64,000 bases of DNA from Dicyema japonicum (taxonomy: Eukaryota; Animalia; Dicyemida): NCBI GenBank assembly GCA_011109175.1, contig RDEW01000001.1, forward strand, positions 685,182-749,181, in the 5' to 3' direction. Numbering within the stretch: the stretch's first letter is position 1; each line of letters starts with the position of its first letter. A program made the position numbers and the translations under genes. Positions 51,961 through 64,000 of the stretch are shown here, piece by piece. Below the pieces are notes generated by a model, which ran no database searches, was not told where the DNA came from, and was given only the letters and a program-made list of their open reading frames with translations.

Positions 51961-52849
51961 CCCTCCAATGGAGTGGGGGAGAGTGAATGCTCTTTTTTCG
52001 TGCCGGCATGGCACTGGGCGCCACCTATACAAGTGGATTACATGACGCCACTCTAAGAGATCTTCATATAATTGTTGAACTCAATTATCAAATCATGCAA
52101 TCAACTGCGTTATCTAACGTCACTGGTCCAATATTATCACGACTACGAAATGATAGTCCTGCTAAATACTGCAGAGGAATCTGATTGCAGCAATAAGTTT
52201 TCTTTTGCTTTTTATGAAAATAGTTGGGTTTCAATCTCCCTCATGAGCAGAGGAATTCTTATTCATAGTTACAGTCGTAGCTTCCATAAGTTAAAGGACT
52301 GACATTTTAGTGAGTATACAACGTAAAAATTGTTGTTCGAAAAAAGGAGATGAGTTTGTGGAGCATAGTCTCAGATTCCGCTAATTCGTACACAACATCG
52401 ACATACTCTACAAATTTGCTGGTAGTGGATCCCAATAGAGTCTTCAAATTTAATGAGGTTTTTTCGAACAAGTGCAGGCACAACGTTCATATAATAGAGG
52501 CCTTTAATGAAAACTTGCTTCGAATACGAGACCACATCAGCAACCTGTCGTACGTAAATTCATTAACTGAAGCAGAATTTTTTACAGGTATTAAACAAAA
52601 ATCCTCATATAATAGAGGCCTTTAATGAAGACTTGCTTCGAATAAGAGACCACATCAGCAAACTGTCGTACGTAGCTTCATTAACTGAAGCAGAATTTTT
52701 TACAGGTATTAAACAAAAATCCAAGTTCTTCTATGCAACGACAGTATAAAGTGAATAAAGTGTATGTCGGTTCAATTTCTCGAACTATTTTCTTCCTTTG
52801 TTAAGTCTCCATGTTCATCCGTGGCACAATTTGAAAAGAACGATCTTTC

Positions 52850-53030
52850 TCACACATTCATCCCCCATAGACTTCCTGTGTAAACACAAGCGCAGACACT
52901 TCTCGTAAACTTGAAGTCCCTCGACGATCACAAGATGGAAATGGCAAGGGTGGTATAGCAAACTGGGATCGCTTAATCAGTTCGGTTACTATTCCCTTGT
53001 TTCTCGGTTTTTCCCGGGTTATGTAAATAA
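52850..53030 (+). mobile_element. I/Ingi-like LINE 3' end
   Basis: SLDDHK...TGIA* followed by tttctcgg..cccgggtta. Confidence 0.55.
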
Positions 53031-53689
53031 ATCATTTCGAATCTGTCATAACAGTCTGATGTTCCCTAGAAATGCCGAATAAATGAATAATGTTAATAAA
53101 TTGTTGATTTGTTTCGTGATTTTGTGTAAAATTTTTCTGTTTGATTTACCAGCTTAAACATGTAGCTTTAAATATCAATGAGTTAACAAGTGAATTATTA
53201 CTCAGCAAAAATCCACTGCTAGAATCTGTCTTCATTAAATCATTTCTCGTGGAGTAGGTTTGAATACATGCAGGTAGAAGAAAGAGACAGTTTTATAGTT
53301 TTTTTTTATATTTGTGTATGTTTTACGAAGGATGCTTTAAAGAAATTATTATTGAATGAATGTGTGTTTTATTTTCAAATTAATATTTTATTACACAGTT
53401 GAATTTTTTTACAAGTAAACTCAGTTTATTAACATTATTATTATTGTCCAAGGATCACCGGGTTAAAAGAATAAAGAAAGTTCTTAACTAAGTGATCCCA
53501 GACCGACAACTTGGGACCTGGGTCCGCCGGGACGGGGGTGGGTGGTTGGTTAAATGTTACGTAACTCACTGAACAGGAGACATTTTAAAGAAAAGAGTTA
53601 CACTGTCCCTATCCTACAAGGACGGACTGTCTCTGTGTGGGGACGTCGAATCGAACCCCAGTTCCCTAAAGATCATGAAAATTTATTAA

Positions 53690-54120
53690 CAATAGCAGGG
53701 AAGAGCAGCTGCTGACATTACGGAGTAAGCGTTTCCTCGAACAACTGCAATCCCAATTCGTTGCCTCGGTCAGACCGCTTCCCGCACGTTTTTCTTACGA
53801 TGACTCAATCTGCTGGATCGCCAGCAGATTGCGCCGAAGTGAGTATCATCGAGTTTGAATAGAATTAACACAAAGCAGTCCATACTAGCGATTTTCCTCC
53901 AAAGAAAGAAAGATTGTTAGCCCATCCGGTCTTTTCCCGTCTCCGAGGTCCAATCCCACGGGCTCCAACACTGCAGGATTTCCGGTAGTGTTGAAGCACA
54001 CATGATAATGTTGTTCATAGCAGCGTAGTGGGGTGCTCTGCCCGCACTCCTTTTGCACAAAAGCGGATGCAGCCCTTTGTCATCGACGATCCCTCCACAA
54101 CGGAAGTGGTGTTGACACAT
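53690..54120 (-). mobile_element. CRE-clade LINE 3' fragment
   Basis: CGGIVDDKGLHPLLCKRSAGR..H..MNNII and RQRIGIAVVRGNA. Confidence 0.85.
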
Positions 54121-55139
54121 ACATCAACTCCATTCACATTTGATGAAATCGATTCATAAAAAATATTAAAAATATTAATAAATTAATTTATTGATTGATT
54201 GTTATATAATAATTGATTGTGTGAACCGTTGAGCGTGCCGTCGTGACTACAAAGATCCGTTCATTCGGGCAATACGTGTTTGTGTGGGGTCGAAAGAGGA
54301 GCATCGGGCCAAGTTGAGATCGCTGCTAGGGCGTTCTGGGATCACGTGATTAGTTAGTTTGGTGTAACCGTGGTCTCTGATGTTATTATTATTGGCTGTA
54401 TAGGTGTGTTCAATATTGATTTTTGTAAATATAAGGAAAATTTTATGCACATAATCGTGAAATAAAATGATTTGATATTAAAGTAAGGTTAGTGGCAATA
54501 AGAACATGTTGTCAGGTTAGAAGACAACGAAAATTTACTTTCACAAAATAATAACATCTTAGTAAATCAATTTAGTGAAAATTGAATTTTCTTAAGTTAT
54601 TCTTAAAAATGAACAACTTTCTCAAAATTTATAAAATACGATGTAAAGTCAAGATCCACCACATCAACGTGTAATTCAACATTTTAAGGTAAAAAAAGTT
54701 ATCCGATTAAGTGATCTCTGTTTTTTATGATGGAAGCAATAAAGTTCGATTAACTAATCGTTGAAAGGAAAAGAGGCAAAAAATGTTCTTTAACAACTTT
54801 TTTGTTGTTGCGTGTGAATCCTTTACAGACNACAAAATGATAACATTTTAGTAAATCAATTTACTGAAAATTTAATTTTCTTAAGTTATTCTTAAAAATG
54901 AACAACTTTCTCAAAATTTATAAAATACGATGTAAAGTCAGGATCCACCACATCAACGTGTAATTCAACATTTTAAGGTAAAAAAAGTAATCCGATTAAG
55001 TGATCTCTGTTTTTTATGATGGAAGCAATAAAGTTCGATTAACTAATCGTTGAAAGGGAAGGAGGCAAGAACTGTTCTTTAACAACTTTTTTTTTGTTGC
55101 GTGTGAATCCTTTACAGACGATCAGATTGGCAGTAAAGC

Positions 55140-55215
55140 ATTCACTCGTTATACCCAAAATATCGTAGATGTGTGGAACACATTCAAAGTGTTCAGCAAC
55201 GAGATTCGAACCTAT
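55140..55215 (-). mobile_element. Second, partial copy of the tRNA-derived SINE
   Basis: agatgtgtggaac..cagcaacgagattcgaacc compared with agatgcgtggaac..cagcagcgagattcgaacc at 15673-15720. Confidence 0.55.
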
Positions 55216-55759
55216 CAGGACTTATGAAACTTTTTAAATTCATTTTTTGATATTCCGAACGAACTACATTTTTGAAATATGCTTACACGTTGCGTTCGAT
55301 ATAAAAGAACTCGTACCTTGGCGGATTGATGTTGACTTTATTTATAACTTCGGTTTCACTCATAGTTAACACAAATTTACATACTCAAAGCTCACAAGGT
55401 AACTTTGATAATATTTAAAGCATGCGAGAGTGAGCTCCGTTCACTTAAGTCAGAATATTCACGATGGAAGCAAATCTACAGATTTATTAATATTCATGTT
55501 AATCACATCAAACGTGAATATGGAAGTGTGTAATGAATATAATAATATAACTTACTATATAACATTGGGACCAATTCAAGAACTTAATGAAACCTACAGT
55601 AGGCTTGTGAACTGTGAACAAATTCCATTTCTTCATCGAATAATTACAACATTGAATGAAAACATGAATGCAACATCTAACAGCTTAAAGCAGTACGAAA
55701 GTTGTGCAATACCTAATCCAAATTATTAAACTAATATTAAGGCGTTATCAATAAATTTT

Positions 55760-56279
55760 CTTTATTATAGGCACGTGCTATGCCAAGATCATGACAAAGC
55801 ATGTGCAACACGAAAAGTTAACAATCTAATTACATCGCCAATCTTTTTCGATCCGTTGCCATGTTCCGTAGCATATCTAGATCATCCTCATCTTTAAAGC
55901 ACTTTCCTATCCTTCTGAGATCTTCATCTAGGATTACCGGCAGTGTTGTCTCCGGCCGGCCGCGGAAACACGAAGCCTCTAAGATAAAATACTCCTTCTT
56001 CTATTGCTATGTTGGCAAGGGACCCATTTCGTGGCGGAGTATGTGTCTAAACAGCTTCCATCTTGAATCAGTAATATCACATGATTTTGGCTCAATCCTG
56101 TTTTCTTGTATATGATTTCGGACGAGATTTTAAAAAAGCTCTGGAAAGAAAGATATTCTCGGAGATGATTTCTGTGAAAAAAATCAACTTTTCGAGTTCC
56201 TGCCTTGTACATGCCCATGTACCAACATTATATAATAGGATTGGCTTCACTATGACATTGAATAGTTTCATTCGAGTTT
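55760..56279 (-). mobile_element. RTE LINE 3' fragment
   Basis: KTRMKLFNVIVKPILLYNVGTW and DFFHRNHLR. Its 3' end is similar to that at about 5840. Confidence 0.75.
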
Positions 56280-56645
56280 TCCTTCCATCATTCTTAGGGA
56301 TATATCTTCCAGTTATTTCCTGCAGTTGGTCAGGGTGACCTTATATCTTTTATGGGTTGTTTATCATTTACCAGACTCTCCACTGCAAATCTATCACATG
56401 CTGTGGTCTCCCGTTTACCAGAGATTCCAAAGACACGTTTCATACGACGCCAGAAGATCGTTGTAGGATCTCGAGTCATATAGTAATCTTTTTTCGCCTT
56501 GTCTGCATACCAGATAGTCGATTTACGGATGACCGCCAAAATTAGATTTTCCGTTTTTAAGGCCATTTCTTTATAGTTCAAAATAAAAACAGTTTAATAT
56601 TTTGCTTGTAGAGATAATGTAAATTTATTCAGTTTTTCATAAATT

Positions 56646-57032
56646 GTCCGACGGGATCACAATTTTCCCATTCAAAGAAAGGAATTCTTTGGTCTGTGAC
56701 GCTACTTGTGTCGACCCAATTTGCCCGTCCAACAATGTCGGGACGCGGTATACACACTGTATGCCGCTGAAAAAGCAATGAATGCAAAGGAAAAAAAATA
56801 TGAAGCATTGCACGATTGGTTCACTTTCTATCCCATTATGGTCGAGACAGCTGGAAGAATAAGTGGAAAATCGCTTCGCTTCCTAAAGAAATTTGGACGC
56901 CTAGCTACACTAAAAAACCACGACGTACGTGAGACCTGGCGGATTCTCCAGTTGATCTCTGTTGCAATCGTGAGAGGCAACGCAACGTCGATAATGTCGG
57001 CGGGGTCCACTTTGGATGGTTGGCTGTGTTAA
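56646..57032 (+). mobile_element. CRE-clade LINE 3' fragment (RLE domain)
   Basis: DGITIFPF..LVCDATCVDP, AAEKA..KEKKY, YPIMVETAG and ISVAIVRGNA. Confidence 0.88.
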
Positions 57033-57343
57033 CTTAATTACATTATAATAATTGATTATTTACCCCTTAAAAATAAAAGCATATTACACATACTGCCGTA
57101 AACGGTCTATCAAATCCGTTCAAAGAAAATCTACATGAGAGGTAGCTTTCATCATATTTTCTAAATTTATAATTATAAAAAACCTTTTTGAATATTTTTG
57201 AAATCTTATATGCAATTATTTTTTTTCATTACAAATCTTATACTAATAACACCAGATACCACGGTTACACAAATTGACTAACTAATCCAAAAGAGATACA
57301 AGATATAAGCGTGGATGTTTAATATAAAGTGAAGTCTCTAATA

Positions 57344-57411
57344 TACAGTTGAGTCTCTAATTGAGTCTCTAACTCTTAAATTGGGACTTTAATTTAAGGG
57401 ACTTTACTGTA
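57344..57411. mobile_element. Possible pogo/Tc1-type MITE remnant with TA TSD
   Basis: TA-CAGTTGAGTCTCT ... AGGGACTTTACTG-TA forms an imperfect terminal inverted repeat CAGTNNAGTCYCT. Confidence 0.4.
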
Positions 57412-57494
57412 TTTGATAATTAAAAATTATTATTAAATAAATTTTAATAAATTTCGCAGAACATGAGTTGGGAATCACTGTATTAGAGCCATGA

Positions 57495-57591
57495 TTAGGG
57501 ATAGGAGTTAAGTATAGGGATTAGTGTCAGGGTTAAGGTTGGGGGATAGGGATTAGAGTTATGTTTAGGGTTGGGAGTTATAGTTACAGTT
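57495..57591 (+). repeat. Degenerate 6-bp-period TTAGGG-like tract
   Basis: ttaggg, ataggg, tcaggg, ttaagg and ttaggg units over about 100 bp. Confidence 0.6.
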
Positions 57592-58399
57592 AAATTTGTA
57601 TAAATATATTATCTTGTTACTTGATAATTAATCAGACAATAAGTAAAAGTTATTATTCTATAACGCTCGTCTAACTCAATCATCTCTTCTTAGGGTTAAT
57701 CTCTATTTCAATCTTCTCTTCTTGTGACTAACCACTATTGCCTGTACAGATGTGTTCAGGGCGCTGCACACCTCACATTCAGAAACTAACACAGGTTGTT
57801 AGCATTCCATGCCGTCTTCCTCCTCAACAGGGATCAATACTCCATGCCTCTCCTCAGCTTGCATACTCTCCAAAGTCTTCCGTAACACTAGAGTATGTAT
57901 ATAAGCTTTTGCCATCTCCTCCATCTTGAAGCATCCATGTGTCACTTGAAGAATCCACTCTTCGTGATTTTTAAAAAATTGATACTGAAACTACGACAGA
58001 CAGAATTCAACGTTCAATTTCACCTTATCCCAATGTAAATGATTATAAAAAGCGTCTTGTAAAAACTCAACATATGAACCATTTGTTTAAATAAATAAAT
58101 AATTTGTTTTAATAAAAATAAATAAAAATTTACTTATAATGGAAATCAATAAAACCGCATAGAAAATAATGTGTGATGGCTTCTCTTTATCAAACCTCAC
58201 GATGACAGCAACTCAACAAGGGTCGGTCTCAGCAAGAGCCGAGACTTTAAAAAAAATACATGAACTAAAGAAAGCAATTCGTATTCAAACGTGTAGCAAC
58301 CGAAACCCAAATTGTTTCGTGTTTATGTGATAGTAAAATTTTACCATAGAAATCATTTAAGGGAATAAACCTATAAAGCCAATCACATGGATGATTTAA

Positions 58400-59150
58400 A
58401 TCCTAGATTCATTTGCTCATTTCCAATCTGGAATTACACTCGGAGACCAGATCCATTGTATCGGAAGATGCAGCGGGGGAAGACGGGGAAGACGACTCCA
58501 CATTTTTGTGAAGGTTTGCTTGCATGAGTCGTTAACTAGTTTAAAACAATTTTGATCAGCTTTTGTGGTAAGTGATATGTATGATACCCAGCTTGGGGAG
58601 ACATAAGAGAACAATACATTTTTAAGTTTGCCGTTTGTCGACCTGCTACATTGTGAATCCCTCTCTTCCCTACTGCACTGCAGGGAGCCTCATATTGACG
58701 AATATAAACGTAGTCAATTTTTGGAGATATGATAATAGAAAGAGGTTAATAGTTAATTAATTTCTATCCAGTCCCCCAGTTGGAGTGAAACCCATCCTTT
58801 CTGAGCATCTCCCATCCATATCTTTTACCCTGAAAACCCCTATGATGGAGTAGGGAAAAGATAAATCATTTTTGAATGCAGGCCCGGTGCTGTGATTCTC
58901 TTGAAAAAGGTGGATTAACTTATACTTTTTTGGAATTAAAGATGGGATATGTACAAGTAACAGTAACTCCCATAGTTTCAACTTTTTCAAAATTTGTTAA
59001 GATGAATTCGAGGAATAGCGTATTAACCACTTCCTTGTTCCGAAACATTGTATCTCCAATCTCTAGTCATCTTTTGTCTTCTAGCAGGAGCAGACTATGT
59101 TTACGTATTAAAACTTCCCAACTGATGCAATAACTTATTGGAGAGACCAT
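58400..59150 (-). mobile_element. Heavily decayed I-group LINE RT C-terminal region
   Basis: LKNVLFSYVSPSW...QNCFK resembles the LK.LY...P.W...QN segment of the 27.7-28 kb element. Confidence 0.4.
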
Positions 59151-59889
59151 TGAGTGACTTGATAGGGATACTGCAAATAATGAAGAGATTTCGCATTTGT
59201 TGTGAGACGAGAAACTTGAGTGAAGTGGTAATATTCAATTATTCTCATTGAATCAACCATCATCCTAAAATTGCTTTATTACAACTTAGTTACTGATAAA
59301 AAACAACTTTAGCTATCATAGTTAACAACTACAAGAAGTTCATTTCAGGCAAGACTGGCTGCGTTAAGAATTGAAAACGCATTTCCCCTGAAGATTTGTA
59401 AGAAAATGAGGTCAATAAGTCAGCTCCTTTCGTTCCCATAATCTATCCAATACAGTTCAACAAGGTGGTGATCAACTTCCAATGAGTCATAGTGTTTCTA
59501 CGGCGACTGGTTAAAATGAACTGTCCACCGAGACATTCGTTATCTTTAGTGGTTAAGAGCTCTTTTGCGTAGACCTAAAAGGGTTCTGCTTGTCCCATGC
59601 ATCGCAGTCATCATCCTTGGCCACGTCATCTTGTTTCTTTCCATCATTCGAACATCTTACAGATCGTTAGCTTTAATGAACTCATTTTGTATATTTTGAT
59701 AACTAATCTCACGAATTTTTAACATAAATAGATATCTTGTCGAACTAATCATACATTGACGAACTGAAGATCATAAAGAGTTATTGAACAACCTTTACTG
59801 TTTGCTAGATTATCAATGTTATTGTTTAATTAACGTAACACTTCACATTGATCATATGTTCTAAATGCCAACCACAAAAAAGGAAACAT

Positions 59890-60420
59890 CTAGAAAAGTG
59901 TTAAACCATCTAATAAGTGATCCCGATAGTCATCAACAGGTCCGTGAGGTTTCTCCTGTGCTCCTACATAGTTTCCACTGCTTTTCTGCAGCTACGACGC
60001 TTATCTGTCTGCACTATTAGAAGAGACGTGTGTTTCTTTAAGAATTTATGCGTGTAAATGCCTTCTACTGCTGATCTAAAGAAACAATCAGATTTGATAG
60101 ATTTTCTACTGAGACTCAGATTCGAAGCCAAATAGAATAAGAGAACCGAACCCAATATTCCATATTACAGACTGGTCAAGGAGAGTAGAAAAATAGAGTA
60201 AAGAGGTTTATTAGTCCAACCATTTCCCTTCATAGAGAATGTATGGAATTGTAGCTTGAGATCGAGATTCCACACGCCAAATAGAATAAGAGAACCGAAC
60301 CCAATATTCCATATTACAGACTGGTCAAGGAGAGGAGAAAAATAGAGTAAAGAGGTTTATTAGTCCAACCGTTTCCCTTAATAGAGAATGTATGGAATTG
60401 TAGCTTGATACTGAGATTTC
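59890..60420 (-). mobile_element. Decayed family A LINE 3' region
   Basis: DKRRSCRKAVETM*EHRRNL..IGITY* parallels DDRRLFRKAVGTLEEHRKNL..TGIT*. Confidence 0.65.
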
Positions 60421-63400
60421 ACAAGCTCAGGAAACACAGGCGTACTCCACTTGAAAGCTGACTGTATAAGGTGGACGTGAAACAAAAGTTTCTTGAGAAA
60501 ATTATTACACATTTTATAGTCGATCTCATAGTTTTCTTAGCAGCTATCAATTCCATCTTCATAAAAATAAGATTATATTTTTAATTTTATTGAAAATTAT
60601 TTTAATTATTCAAAACATTGCATAATAATTAGATAATCAAAATTGCATAATGATCAGATAATCATTAATATATAAGAAATGCAAAATAAAATCGAAAAAT
60701 ATTGAAAAAAACATTTTTCCTTGTCGTTTAAAACATTATTTCTTGATTCTCTCAAAAATCACTTCTCTCAATAGTAACATTTCTTTAAAACATTATTTGA
60801 CAAATATTACTTTTTTGGAAAAAAAAGAACACTCGTTATACTTCACATTAAAAAAATTACATTTTAACAAATTTGATAAATTTTTAATCTCGCGCATTTA
60901 TTAGAGTTTTGAAAAAAAACCAACAAAATAATTTTGATAAAAAACTTTAAATTCAAAATAAAACATAAATTAATTTTCAAATCATTTTTATTTTCGAAAC
61001 TCTTATTTTCCTGTTTGATGCAAATATGATTTCTATGAATCCTCGAATGAAGCATGATATGTATTCCTCTATTTGACTGTCCACATATATTTGCATAAAT
61101 GGGAAATCTTGTATAGAAATCTCGCACTCAGTTATGACTAAGTCAATATTCGCTTCAATGGTCGTTAACATTTCGAGGTCTCTCGTACTCAATTCCGTTT
61201 CCGTTGATATATAAAAAGTCAAAATAAAATCTAATAAAATATATACAGAAACATTTTTCTTTGTCGTTGAAAACATTAATTTTTAATTCTCTCGAAAGCA
61301 TTTCTCAATAATTACATTACTCATAAATCATTATTGACAAATACAGTTTTGAATAAAAAGAACATTTGTTGTACATCAAGTTAAAACAACTTACATTTTA
61401 AAAAATATGAGAAAGTTACTATTTCTCTGATTTATCGAATTCTGAAATATAACACAATAATGTCATTTTGATCAAAAACTATAAAGTCACTGTAAAATAT
61501 AACTCATGTTGGCGATACTTTTTTATTTTCCTGTTTTATGGAAATATGATTTCGATGAATCCCTTTTATNAAAACATTTGTTGTACATCAAGTTAAAACA
61601 ACTTACATTTTAAAAAATATGAGAAGGTTACTATTTCTCTGATTTATCGAATTCTGAAATATAACACAATAAAGTCATTTTGATCAAAAGCTATGGTCAC
61701 TGTAAAATATAACTCATGTTGGCGATATTTTTTTATTTTCCTGTTTTATGGAAATATGATTACGACGAATCCCTTTTATTGTAAATTCAAGATAGAATTC
61801 TCAACTGAAGTATTAATTGAATCCCGCTATTACACTTTCCACAATTAATCACTATTTTTCTATTGTTGTCATAGATTTTAAGGACCAAGTATGGACTAAG
61901 TTAGACAAAAAATTGGAAGACAAGTTTTTGTTCACTATGAGGCAATCATACATGCTTAGTATTTCATCATCAAAACTCTCAATTTATGCCAGCAGCAAGG
62001 AATTTGATTATTTACTTGGCGGTCTAAAGGACATTTCGATATCTTAATTTCACTGTTTCACTCTCTCATCAAATATCTTCTTTTTCCAAAATTGTAACAT
62101 AGTGAGTGCTAGATTTGGACATTTTTGAGTATAAAAGCTGACATGTTAGCTACCCAATAAAATCAAGTTTCAAGAGTATAGAAGAATTCCATGTCATAAA
62201 TGTTCAAACTGACTAAAAATGAATAAAAACTCACGTTCACTTGAAAAAAAGTTAATCGCTTTTAATAAAGAATGAATATCTGAGGTTTCAAAAACGATAG
62301 GATATTTTTGTTAAATATAAAAGCTTGTCAACTAGATCAGATCAAAATTTATATTCTTTGTGGAAATCTGCTCCATTACAAGACTAAGGGAACCAAATGT
62401 ATATACATGGTCATATTCAGTCTCTGATTCAAAACTTCGAAACTCTGTACGATTAGAAAATTCGTTCCATATCTCTGATCAAAAATCTTTGAAATCTTGT
62501 ACTCACTTATGAAGTATCTCTTATTTATAGATGAAGTACATGCTCTGTTAACGTTTCCACGTAAATTAGCTTTAACTTAAAATTTCCTCATAGTAATAAT
62601 TTTTCGTATTACTACAACTACACGTGCGACTTTTGATTTGAAATTGAAATGCAACTTTGTATTTTATTTATAAGTAAATCTATAATTACTCATTACAGTA
62701 ATTATTTTGGTGGTTAGCCAATTTTAATAAATATTTTTCTTCTTGTCTTGTTTTTTATTGTGATTGCTCTTTAACTGAGAAATACGAATATAAACGTCTT
62801 TAAAAAATCCTCTAATTTTTAGAGTTGTAAAGAAAATGTAGAACTCAAGTTATTTATTCATCTTCAGTACCTCCAAGTAAAGGAAACTGGTGCCTAAGAA
62901 AAATGTAACTACCATTTACAGACGTTCTTAGAATCCAAAAGGTTGATACCACGCGGAGAAGAAACAAAAGGCGGGACAGGACATGAGAAAAGGTTATTTG
63001 TCCTATGGTCTTCAAGTAAACAGGAAAAGCAAAGTGACAACATGGACATTTTTGAGTAAAAAGCTGATGTGCTATTGAAAAGGGGAACCTGACAGTGTAA
63101 TAACAACAAAGCAATGCGATAGCCTAGGCGGTTTTAACACTGATTTCTGCCCAGTGCCCTTAATGTCAGCGAGAAATGGGAAAAAGCGGTTACTTTAATT
63201 AATAGTATGAAGGGGGAAAGGGACCACGAATATCTCTAACTTTTATAATGCGAATCCTCGTAGATATTCCAATTACTCATTAAGGTATTACTGATGCGGT
63301 GTTGTTTCTTTTCTTTTAGCTGCGTTTGAGTCCAAGTAAACAATTTAGTGAAAGGATAACCATGAGATTTAAAATTCGTATCTAATTGGAAACATTTGAA

Positions 63401-64000
63401 ATATTTCTAAAAACTTAATGCCTTTCAAAAGAATATATTGCCTTGTTACTTTTGAGTTCCACCGTGATCACCTCCTACTACAGAAGACTATATGAACATA
63501 ACTAACAAGAGGGAGCCTAAAGAGTCAAGAGAACAATAAAGAATATAGTACGGGAAAGAACTTCAAAAAGGAAACATATGTAGTTAATAGCATAAGTTAT
63601 GGGAAAGTGAAAATTGAGTATTATCCGCTAAAATGAATGAAGCTGGTGACCATTTAGAAACGCCTCGCCAAATCAATCACATAGATCCTGCACGTCAACA
63701 AACAGTCCTGAAGTTCCAGAGTAAAAAGATACTGAACTTTTATCATATCCAGATATGAGTGAATCCCACAGGCCCTTTAGGAGCAATAATTTTAAGAGGT
63801 CTTGTTATTGTGTTTTCTCGTCCACAATGACTCGAATAGCGCGAGAGTACCCATAAATTAAAGAATATGGAAAATTATATAATTTCTAATATTTTAATTA
63901 TTCAAAAAAACATATAATAATTTTATAATCATTAATAAGTAATTTTTATATTTGTACCACACTTCTTCTAAGAGAAGAAGANTGTGTCATAAACTCCCTG

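Overview
AT-rich eukaryotic nuclear DNA using the standard code, almost certainly from an animal (POU homeobox, RASEF/CRACR2A-type large Rab, TBC1D23). Five apparently intact genes were reconstructed by hand: TBC1D23, THOC3, CTU2, a RASEF/CRACR2A-like Rab and an RNF145/RNF139-like RING-H2 ligase. There is also a frameshifted POU pseudogene. The reconstructed introns are tiny GT-AG introns of about 19-31 nt, with one about 52-nt exception. This suggests a dicyemid-like reduced parasite, but the taxon is inferred. Intergenic space is filled with decayed non-LTR retrotransposons: I/Ingi/Vingi-like APE-RT, RTE, CRE and one R2/NeSL-like endonuclease fragment. A tRNA-derived SINE, a possible MITE and a degenerate TTAGGG-like tract are also present. 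The most interesting locus is the composite LINE at about 27.4-31.2 kb (minus strand). It carries a 2A-like ribosomal-skipping motif (GDVEQNPGP) directly before its APE domain and a hairpin-rich 5' end partly resembling an HDV-like ribozyme. It also has a 43-bp flanking direct repeat and an in-frame chimeric RT-to-APE junction. Many near-exact 90-290 bp tandem duplications, several joined by a single N, are probably assembly artefacts. All assignments come from reading the sequence and recalled family motifs; no searches were run.
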